64,000 nt of DNA, taken from an uncultured Gammaproteobacteria bacterium. Its GTDB lineage: Bacteria; Patescibacteriota; Patescibacteriia; SG8-24. The notes beneath the pieces are model-generated. The model worked only from the letters and a program-made list of their open reading frames with translations, did not search any database and was not told the origin of the DNA. A program made the translations under genes and the position numbers. Location: NCBI GenBank assembly GCA_964491475.1, contig CAZBFO010000004.1, forward strand, positions 3,290 through 67,289. The letters run 5' to 3'. Shown here piece after piece: positions 31,190-39,043 of the stretch (position 1 is the first letter of the stretch; every line of letters starts with the position of its first letter).

Positions 31190-32779
31190 ATGTCCCCAGT
31201 TATCGCCGCAATCGTCGCGCTCGCCGTGGGCGCAGGCATCGGTTACGTCTACCGCAAGTCGGTGGCGCTCCAGCAGACCGATTCCGCAGAGTCCAAAGCT
31301 ACCAAAATGCTGGCCGAAGCCGAGGCCAAAGCGCTCAAGCTGACCGCCGAAGCCGAAGCCAAAGTCTCCACGGCCTCCAAAGAGGCCGAAGCCAAGAGCC
31401 AGCAGATGATCATCGAGGCCCAAGGCAAGGCCATCAAGATGAACGAGGAATCCAAGATCGAGGACGAGAACCGCCGAAAGGAATTGCGCGTCATCCAGGC
31501 CAAACTGGCCAAAATCGAGGAGGATCTGGCCGTGAAGATTTCCAACGCCCAGCGCAAGAGCGAGGACCTCGACGGCAAGCTCGCCAAAGCCGCCGAAACG
31601 CAGAAGGAAGTCGACGAGCTGAAGGCCCAACAGGTCACCAAGCTCGAACAGGTTGCCTCGCTCTCGCGCGACGAAGCCAAGGAAATCCTGTTCAAGGAAG
31701 TCGAAGGCCTGGCTGCCGAGGAGTTCGACAGCCGCATGCGCAAGATCGAGAACACCACGGTCGAAGAGCTCGAAAAGAAGTCTCGCGCCCTGCTCGGCCT
31801 GGTCATTCAGCGCCTGGCTTCGTCCCACTCGGTCGACACCACCACCACGGCGGTCCCGCTCCCCAGCGACGACATGAAGGGCCGTATCATCGGCAAGGAA
31901 GGCCGCAACATCAAGGCGGTCGAACACATGACCGGCTGCGAAATCATCGTCGACGACACCCCAGGCGCCATCACCATCTCCGGCTTCTCCCCCATCCGCC
32001 GCCAAGTCTGCAAGCTGGCCCTGCTCAAGCTGATCGAGGACGGCCGCATCCACCCCGGACGCATCGAAGAAGCCGTCGAGGACGCCAAGAAGGACTTGGC
32101 CGTCGACATCAAGAAGGCCGGCGAAGAAGCGCTCATCGAGCTGGGCGTACCGGTCCACTCTCTGGACCCCAAGCTGGTCCAAATCCTCGGCCGCCTCAAG
32201 TACCGCACCAGCTACGGCCAGAACGTGCTGCGGCACTCCATGGAAGTGGCGCAGCTGTCCGTGCTGATGGCCCAGGAGCTCCACGCTGACGTGAAGGTCT
32301 GCCGGCTGGGTGGCATCCTCCACGACATCGGCAAGGCCGTGGACCACGACGTGCAGGGCGCCCATCCGGAAATCGGCTACAACATCATGAAGAAGTTCGG
32401 CCTGCCGGAAGAAATCTGCTACCAGTCGATCGGCCACCACGAGGACAAGCCGAAGACGCTTGAAGCCATGATCGTGAAGGCCGCCGACGCCATCTCCGGC
32501 GCGCGCCCCGGCGCCCGCAAGGACACCTACGAGCTGTACGTGCAGCGGCTCGAGGAACTCGAGAGCACCGCTTCCAGCTTCCCCGGCGTCGACAAGGTCT
32601 ACGCCATCCAGGCCGGCCGCGAAGTGCGCGTCTTCGTCCAACCGAAGATGGTGGACGACTTCGGCGCCTACCGCCTGGCCCGCGACATCGCCAAGAAGAT
32701 CGAATCCGAACTGAAGTACCCCGGCGAGATTCGCGTGAACGTGATTCGCGAGACTCGCGTGGTGGAGTACGCGAGATAA
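31190..32779 (+). CDS. rny: Ribonuclease Y
   Basis: TM anchor, coiled coil, KH domain (KGRIIGKEGRNI), HD domain (LHDIGKA), ADAISGARPGAR. Confidence 0.97.
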   Translation: MSPVIAAIVALAVGAGIGYVYRKSVALQQTDSAESKATKMLAEAEAKALKLTAEAEAKVSTASKEAEAKSQQMIIEAQGKAIKMNEESKIEDENRRKELRVIQAKLAKIEEDLAVKISNAQRKSEDLDGKLAKAAETQKEVDELKAQQVTKLEQVASLSRDEAKEILFKEVEGLAAEEFDSRMRKIENTTVEELEKKSRALLGLVIQRLASSHSVDTTTTAVPLPSDDMKGRIIGKEGRNIKAVEHMTGCEIIVDDTPGAITISGFSPIRRQVCKLALLKLIEDGRIHPGRIEEAVEDAKKDLAVDIKKAGEEALIELGVPVHSLDPKLVQILGRLKYRTSYGQNVLRHSMEVAQLSVLMAQELHADVKVCRLGGILHDIGKAVDHDVQGAHPEIGYNIMKKFGLPEEICYQSIGHHEDKPKTLEAMIVKAADAISGARPGARKDTYELYVQRLEELESTASSFPGVDKVYAIQAGREVRVFVQPKMVDDFGAYRLARDIAKKIESELKYPGEIRVNVIRETRVVEYAR

Positions 32780-32920
32780 GCGCGGCAGGAAAAGCGCTCC
32801 GTAATGGGGCGTTTTTTCGTACCGCCTTCGGGGCCGATCAGTCTTGACTTCAACGGCAAAACGGAGCATGCTCCATGGTCGCCGTCGCCACTTTGGCACG
32901 GCGCGACAAGGAGGCATGCA

Positions 32921-33916
32921 GTGCCGAAAATCCATGATGTCATCGTGATCGGCGGCGGGCCCGCAGGGCTCGCGGCTACTATCAACGCCTCGTCCGAAGG
33001 GCTGGACACCGTGCTGATCGACGCCAACGAGCAGCTCGGCGGCCAAGCCAGCGCCAGCTCGCTGGTCGAGAACTATCCGGGCTTTCCCGAGGGAATCTCG
33101 GGCAAGGAACTGACGGAGAAGTTCATTCATCAGGCCACGCGCTTCGGCGCCATGCAGGTGCGGCCGGTAACGGCGACAGGCATCAGCGTCGACAACGGCG
33201 TGGTCACGGCGACTACGGACGACGCCGAGCATCGTCGCATCCGCGCTCGCGCGGTCATCCTGGCGCTCGGCCTTTCCTACAATCGGCTGTCGGCGCATCG
33301 CGTCGCAGACTTCGTGGGACGCGGCGTCTACTACGGCGGCACGCCCCCGCAGCTCTGGCACGACGCCAAGCACGTCTGCGTAGTCGGCGGGGCCAACTCC
33401 TCCGGCCAAGCGGCGGTGCACCTGGCCAGCCGCGGCTGCGAAGTCACGCTCGTTGCCCGCAGCAAGAGCCTGGAAGACGCCGGCATGTCTAACTACCTGG
33501 TCGAGCGCATCAAGGCCGCCAAGAACATCAAGGTGCTTACCGGCACGGTGATACACGAGGCCGTCGGCGATCAGGAGCTCGAGTCGGTGGTGGTGAGAAG
33601 CATCTTCGAGAACATCACCAACCGAAAAATCGACGTCTGCGCCGTGTGCGTCTTCATCGGCGCCTCGCCAAAAACCTACTGGCTCAACAACGTCGTAGAG
33701 CAGGCGGTCGGACGCGGGTACATCCTCACCGGCAACTTGGTGAAGGCCGACCACGGCCGCCCCATCTACCCGTTCGAAACCTCGCTCCCCGGCGTCTTCG
33801 CCTGCGGAGACGTCCGCGAGGGCTCGACCAAGCGCATCGCCACCGCCGTCGGCGAAGGGTCCATGGCCGTGCAACAGGTGAAGGACTTCATCAGCAAAAG
33901 CAACGAAACACGTTAA
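32921..33916 (+). CDS. Thioredoxin-reductase-like FAD/NAD(P)-dependent oxidoreductase lacking CxxC
   Basis: GGGPAG, ENYPGFPEGISG, VGGANSSGQ, GDVREGSTKR; GVYYGG in place of CATC; AAGGAGG SD, GTG start. Confidence 0.88.
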   Translation: MPKIHDVIVIGGGPAGLAATINASSEGLDTVLIDANEQLGGQASASSLVENYPGFPEGISGKELTEKFIHQATRFGAMQVRPVTATGISVDNGVVTATTDDAEHRRIRARAVILALGLSYNRLSAHRVADFVGRGVYYGGTPPQLWHDAKHVCVVGGANSSGQAAVHLASRGCEVTLVARSKSLEDAGMSNYLVERIKAAKNIKVLTGTVIHEAVGDQELESVVVRSIFENITNRKIDVCAVCVFIGASPKTYWLNNVVEQAVGRGYILTGNLVKADHGRPIYPFETSLPGVFACGDVREGSTKRIATAVGEGSMAVQQVKDFISKSNETR

Positions 33917-34187
33917 GTCGCGAGCCGGTCTGGCATCATGTCGGACCGGTTTTTCATGTGTTGGCGGTTTTTTGTTCCCCAATGGCCCGACCTCCAAGTC
34001 ACCGTATTTCCACCGTCCGAAAAGGGCGTAATAGTGCTAACTGTTGGCATAAAAACGACCTTGTGTTACACTTTTTCGGCAAGGTGTTCGGAAGGCGGTA
34101 GAGAGGACGGCCAGCATCCGACGCACCGTTACTTAATCATTATTCGTCATTAACGACGGTCGGCGCCCACGCGCCGCCAGATGGAAT

Positions 34188-34472
34188 ATGAACAAAGCAG
34201 AACTCGTCACCAAGCTCGCAGAGAAGGTCGGCATCTCCAAGAAGCAGGCCGAAGACACCATCGAGGCCTTCACCGACACCGTCATGCAGACCCTCAAGGC
34301 CGGTGGCGAAGTCACCATCGCCGGTTTCGGCGCTTTCTCGGCCAAGCAGCGCGCCGGCCGCATGGGCGTCAACCCGCAGAATCCTTCCGAAAAGATCCAG
34401 ATTCCTCCGGTCATCGTCCCCAAGTTCAAGGCCGGCAAGGCACTCAAGGACACGCTCAAGGGGAAGGCCTAG
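34188..34472 (+). CDS. hup: HU family DNA-binding protein
   Basis: MNKAELV, GFGAF, RMGVNPQ, PKFKAGKALKD; TTGGCA-17-TACACT promoter upstream. Confidence 0.96.
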   Translation: MNKAELVTKLAEKVGISKKQAEDTIEAFTDTVMQTLKAGGEVTIAGFGAFSAKQRAGRMGVNPQNPSEKIQIPPVIVPKFKAGKALKDTLKGKA

Positions 34473-34581
34473 TCCGTCAAAAACGAAAACCCGCCACGTG
34501 GCGGGTTTTTGATTGCGCCTGCACCGTTGACTTTTCGGTGAAAATCAGTATACTGCGGGAGGCTTTTGCAAGGAGAAAAAC

Positions 34582-34929
34582 GTGGCGAAAGATGAAGTAA
34601 CGTTCAGCAGGAACCTGTCGGTCGGATTCAATGACAGGGGCATGGGCAGGGGTGATTTTGCCGTCGTGCAGAAGGTGGGCGACGAGACCCGACTCGTTGC
34701 CCGCCTGGTCGACATCGGCATCCAGGAGCCCGGCAAGCGCCCTCTCACGGTCGAGGACATCAACCCTGTACGTGAGAACGCCGCGCTCTTTGCTGCCGCG
34801 CCGGAACTCTATGACGCGTGCGTCGACGCGTTGCGTGAAATGCGGGGTTTCCGGGAAGGCGGCAGCCGCGCATTCTCCGAAGAGATCGAGCGGTTGGAAA
34901 AGGCGATCGCCAAGGCGACGCCGCGATGA
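34582..34929 (+). CDS. Hypothetical protein with a phage-like NAxLxAAAPEL motif
   Basis: TTGACT-16-TATACT promoter, AAGGAG SD, GTG start, own terminator. Confidence 0.75.
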   Translation: MAKDEVTFSRNLSVGFNDRGMGRGDFAVVQKVGDETRLVARLVDIGIQEPGKRPLTVEDINPVRENAALFAAAPELYDACVDALREMRGFREGGSRAFSEEIERLEKAIAKATPR

Positions 34930-34966
34930 CTAAAAACGGGCCGCTTGGCCCGTTTTTCTATTGCCG

Positions 34967-36238
34967 TCATGCTGCAAGGAAGTGCTGGACTTCGGCGGCC
35001 GCGCCGTCAAACGCGACGATGCGCGCTTCGTCCGCAGTGCGAAGCTTCCATTCGACGCCCCCTGCGGCCAAGGTTTTTTCGGAAATCACCAAGCGCACGG
35101 GCAGGCCGATGAGGTCGGCGTCGGCGAACTTTTCGCCGGCGCGGGCATCCTCGCGGTCATCGAACAGCGGTTCGCAGCCGACAGCCGTGAGCGCTCGCTC
35201 CAGTTCTTCGGCGGCGGCACGGACTCGTTCGGCCACGGCGGGATCCTTGGCACCGATCATCACCAGATGCACCGGGAACGGCGCCACGGACTTTGGCCAG
35301 ACCATGCCCTTCTCGTCGTGCGAGGCCTCTACGATGGCTCCGACCAAGCGGGTGATGCCGATGCCGTAACAGCCCATGAAAACGTCCTGCTTGGCGCCGT
35401 CGGCACCCTGCACCTTCAGGTCAAAGGCCTGGGTGAAGCGGTCGCCGAGGTCGAAGATGTTGCCGACCTCGATGCCTTTGCTGGCCTCCAACACTGCGTG
35501 GCATTTGGGACAGGCGTCGCCGACCTTGTCGTTGGAAATTTCGGTGTTCTGGCAGTAGTCGCAGTTGCGGCAGATGATCAGGTTGTCTTCGCCGGCAGGC
35601 GTTTCGATTTGGAACTCGTGCGAGACCTTCTTGGTGAAGGAGCCGCCGGAGGATTCGGTGACGCGCGCGTGCATGCCGCAGCGGGCGAAGGTACGAAGGT
35701 AGCCCTGCTTGCAGCGCTCGTAGAACTGCTCGAAGTCCTCGCGCGAAACGTGGAACGAGTACATGTCCTTCATCAGGAACTCGCGGCCGCGCAGCACGCC
35801 GCTCTTAGCACGCAACTCGTCGCGGAACTTGGTCTGAATCTGGTAGACGGCCACAGGCACGTCCTTGTAAGAGCGCAGGAAGCTCTTCATCAGGGGCGTG
35901 ACCACGTCTTCGGCGGTGGGACCGAGCGCGTATTCCTTGCCGGTCTGGCTGGGAATCCTGAACAGCACGTCCACAGAGTCCCAGCGGCCCGACTGGACCC
36001 AGTTGTCCTTAGGCTGGAGCGCGGTCAAATGCAACTCCTGCCCGCCCAAGCCGTTCATTTCTTCGCGCACGATGTTCTCGACCTTGCGCAGCACGCGCAA
36101 TCCCAGCGGCAGCCAAGCATACGCACCGGCCATGACTTGGTCGACAAAGCCGGCCTGCACCAACAGGCGGGCGTTCACGGAATCCGAATCGGCGGGAATG
36201 GTCTTGGTGGTCTTCGTGAAAAGGCGGGAATAGCGCAT
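34967..36238 (-). CDS. proS: Proline--tRNA ligase (short form, no INS editing domain)
   Basis: MRYSRLF, KFRDELR..GVLRGREFLMKDMYSF, MGCYGIG, anticodon-binding domain. Confidence 0.96.
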   Translation of the reverse strand: MRYSRLFTKTTKTIPADSDSVNARLLVQAGFVDQVMAGAYAWLPLGLRVLRKVENIVREEMNGLGGQELHLTALQPKDNWVQSGRWDSVDVLFRIPSQTGKEYALGPTAEDVVTPLMKSFLRSYKDVPVAVYQIQTKFRDELRAKSGVLRGREFLMKDMYSFHVSREDFEQFYERCKQGYLRTFARCGMHARVTESSGGSFTKKVSHEFQIETPAGEDNLIICRNCDYCQNTEISNDKVGDACPKCHAVLEASKGIEVGNIFDLGDRFTQAFDLKVQGADGAKQDVFMGCYGIGITRLVGAIVEASHDEKGMVWPKSVAPFPVHLVMIGAKDPAVAERVRAAAEELERALTAVGCEPLFDDREDARAGEKFADADLIGLPVRLVISEKTLAAGGVEWKLRTADEARIVAFDGAAAEVQHFLAA

Positions 36239-36360
36239 AACAGTGTCAACGATACCGCCTTGGACACCAACGGTAAAGGGCTTTGGCGCGCGCCGTGCGA
36301 CGTGCTAGAATCCTGAATGTTCGGCCGTCTGGCCGACCGTTTCCTTCACCCTCGCCCCTT

Positions 36361-36684
36361 ATGTGGCCGTTCAAAAAGACGGACGAACATTCTCTCATCC
36401 TGCACAAGCTCCTGCTTGTCCTGTCGGTTCTGACCCTTGCCTCCAGCCTGCTGGTGCTGTTCAAGGTGAAGCTGCTGCTCAAGGAAGAAATGAATATCCG
36501 GGACTCGGTCTCCCAGCTCCAAGCGAACATGCAGCAGCTGGGCGGCAAGATCAACGCCGCCGAACGACGCACCATGCAGGACCGCATGATGCAGCCGATG
36601 CCCATGAACCAGGCCGGCTTTCCCGAAAGGATCGCGCCGACGCCGGCTCCCGCGCCGGCTCCGGTTCCGTCGGCTAAAAAGTAG
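36361..36684 (+). CDS. Hypothetical bitopic protein (TM, coiled coil, Pro-rich tail)
   Basis: Hydrophobic N-terminal helix, PAPAPAP tail, terminator downstream. Confidence 0.65.
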   Translation: MWPFKKTDEHSLILHKLLLVLSVLTLASSLLVLFKVKLLLKEEMNIRDSVSQLQANMQQLGGKINAAERRTMQDRMMQPMPMNQAGFPERIAPTPAPAPAPVPSAKK

Positions 36685-36719
36685 GAATCGAAAAACGCCC
36701 GGTCGGGCGTTTTTCTTTA

Positions 36720-36923
36720 TCAGCGGACGAAACGCGTCACTCTTCGCATCTGCATGATCTGCCGGTCGGTGGCTACCGCCACGTAGATGGCGACGCCCAA
36801 CGTGACGACGATGCCCACGACGATGAACGCTTCGATGAACGTGATGCCGCCGCGCAACTCCCCGGCATATGGCGAGTGCGGTGGCGCACGTTTATGCAAG
36901 TCTCCGCGACGGATGATGGACAT
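36720..36923 (-). CDS. Small type IV prepilin-like peptide
   Basis: Basic leader, then G|ITFIE (Glu at +5) and a hydrophobic helix; begins 6 nt after the upstream gene stop. Confidence 0.55.
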   Translation of the reverse strand: MSIIRRGDLHKRAPPHSPYAGELRGGITFIEAFIVVGIVVTLGVAIYVAVATDRQIMQMRRVTRFVR

Positions 36924-36929
36924 CTGGCA

Positions 36930-38459
36930 TCAGTTCCGGATGACGGGGGCTTCTACGCGCACCTCGGCCGTTCCGGCGGTAATGTCGTAAGCCTGGACGG
37001 TATAGATGTAGCTACCGAAGCCGTAATCGGCGGCGTTCAGGGTCGGCGGCAGCGCCTCGGAGAGTGCCTTGTCGAGCAGCGGCGCGAAGCTCTTTTCCGG
37101 GACCACCAAGGCACGGAAGCGCAACGAGAGCGTCAGGGCAAAGGTGGCACCGGACGTACCGACCTTGGGCGCGGTCACGGCGAGCTCCTTCGAGGTGATC
37201 ATGTCGGGGTTGGTCTTTTCGCCGGCAGCGAGCATCGCGGCGAAATTGTCGATTGCCTCTTTGCGCAACTTGTCAGTCAGCGAGGCCTTGGCGGCGTCGA
37301 TGTCGGATTGCGATACGCCGGGTCCGTTGCCCGCGCCGCCCGTCATGGGCGCGTCGCTCTTGGCGGTAATCTGCTTCTGGAGCGCGGGAGACAGGCCGGG
37401 AATTGTGAAGGTCGTCGGACCCAAGTCCCCTTCAGCACCGGGCTGATCCGCATGGACGTTTACCGTCACCGAACCGTTGGCCGGAATCGGAGTAGTCGCG
37501 TTCATTCGGAACAGGACGCCTTCCTTGGAAAGCAGGCGCGTGGTGGCGACGAAGGTGTACTCCTTGGCGGTGGTGTTGACGATGGTCGCCTTGCCGGTCG
37601 ACTTGTCGACCTTGGATGAGGCCGTGCCGGTGGCGGGGAAGGTGCCGCCGGCCTTGCCGTCAGACTCGATCATCCGGGAGGTGATGAACTCCTTGGCGCC
37701 GGGCGTGGCGGGCGCAGCCGTTCCCACCAGCGCGGTAACCGACACGGAAGCGGGCGCCTTCGGTCCGGCGGGAACGTGCTTGGCGACTTGGTTCTGCGCG
37801 CCGGTCGACGGCCTCTTCAGGAACGAGGCGAACGATGGCAGGCCCGACTTTGCCAGGAACATGTACACGCCACCGGCCGCCGCCACGAACAGGACCAGCA
37901 CCAGCACGGCCAAGGCGAAGGTCTTCAGGCCCGAGCGCCGCGACTGCCCGTCGTCGCGATCCATATACGACATCTCGTCATCCCCCTCCTCTTCGGCCAT
38001 CGCCGCGCGCTTCGGCAGGGTGTCGCCGCGCAAGATCGAATCGATCGAAAGGCGCCCGTCGTCGCCGCCGAGAGAGGGCGCGTCGTTGATTTCCCGCGTC
38101 GCCATCTTCGATTTGAGATTCTCGTCGGAACGAAGAATTTCGCCAATCCCCAATCCGAAGTCCGGCTCGTCGCCCTGCTCCGAGCGATCCTGGAAGGCCT
38201 CAAGACGTTTGGCTGCCGCCGCCTTCTTGGCGGCTTCTTGTGCCGAATCCGTGGCCGCCTTCGCGAAGGCAGTCGGCTCCAATGCCGCGCGCTTCGGCCG
38301 CGCTTCTTCTTCGCGGGTCTCGGCAATCGGCTCCGCGTAGGAGGGAATCTCTACCGCCGGCGCCTCGTGCGGCATCTCGGCGGCGGTCATCTCGGCGGCG
38401 GGCTCCTCGACGCGAGTCCGTTTCTTTCGCGATGCTGGTTTTTTGGCTTGCGCGACCAT
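36930..38459 (-). CDS. Membrane protein with an extracellular baseplate J/gp47-like domain
   Basis: Acidic disordered N-terminus, single TM helix, GKATIVN..VATTRLLS..GVLFR..ADQPG..G..FTIPGL..MTGG pattern. Confidence 0.75.
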   Translation of the reverse strand: MVAQAKKPASRKKRTRVEEPAAEMTAAEMPHEAPAVEIPSYAEPIAETREEEARPKRAALEPTAFAKAATDSAQEAAKKAAAAKRLEAFQDRSEQGDEPDFGLGIGEILRSDENLKSKMATREINDAPSLGGDDGRLSIDSILRGDTLPKRAAMAEEEGDDEMSYMDRDDGQSRRSGLKTFALAVLVLVLFVAAAGGVYMFLAKSGLPSFASFLKRPSTGAQNQVAKHVPAGPKAPASVSVTALVGTAAPATPGAKEFITSRMIESDGKAGGTFPATGTASSKVDKSTGKATIVNTTAKEYTFVATTRLLSKEGVLFRMNATTPIPANGSVTVNVHADQPGAEGDLGPTTFTIPGLSPALQKQITAKSDAPMTGGAGNGPGVSQSDIDAAKASLTDKLRKEAIDNFAAMLAAGEKTNPDMITSKELAVTAPKVGTSGATFALTLSLRFRALVVPEKSFAPLLDKALSEALPPTLNAADYGFGSYIYTVQAYDITAGTAEVRVEAPVIRN

Positions 38460-38626
38460 AGTGATGAAGAGGTTACGCCGCTTTCGCCTATCGTCATGTG
38501 CTCCGTAAATAAGGCGGCAGCAGCTTCACAGCCAATATACCACACTATGGGAGGGGTCTGCCATCAGAACGGAAAAGGGCCTCGCGTGATGACGCGAGAC
38601 CCCTGTAACGCCATTTGCCCGGCTGC

Positions 38627-39040
38627 CTACCTCCCCTTTGACATCTGCCCTTTGCCCAGCACCTTGCGAACTTCCTCGATGATGCGGCTGGGGGTCAGGT
38701 TCGCCTTCGTAAGAAAACATTCGGCACCGAGCGCGAGTCCGCGCTTTACTTCGTACGGCTGCCCGAGGTTGGAGAGGATGATGACCGGTATGTTCGCCGT
38801 GCGCGGATTGGCCTTCAGGTCCTTCAGCACCTCGAAGCCGTCCTTGATGGGCAGCACGACGTCAAGCAGGATCAACGACGGCTGACCCTGGATCGCCTTG
38901 TCGAGCCCTTCAATGCCGTCGGCCGCCTGCATCACCTCGAAGCCCTCGATATCCAGCTTGGTGGCGTAGATGTCGCGCAACGACGGTTCATCCTCGATGA
39001 CCAGGATGGTCTGTTTGTTCTTCATGTCACGGTTTTCCAT
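38627..39040 (-). CDS. Single-domain response regulator (receiver)
   Basis: ILVIEDE, LILLDVVLP, IILSNL, FLTK. Confidence 0.93.
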   Translation of the reverse strand: MENRDMKNKQTILVIEDEPSLRDIYATKLDIEGFEVMQAADGIEGLDKAIQGQPSLILLDVVLPIKDGFEVLKDLKANPRTANIPVIILSNLGQPYEVKRGLALGAECFLTKANLTPSRIIEEVRKVLGKGQMSKGR

Positions 39041-39043
39041 AGG

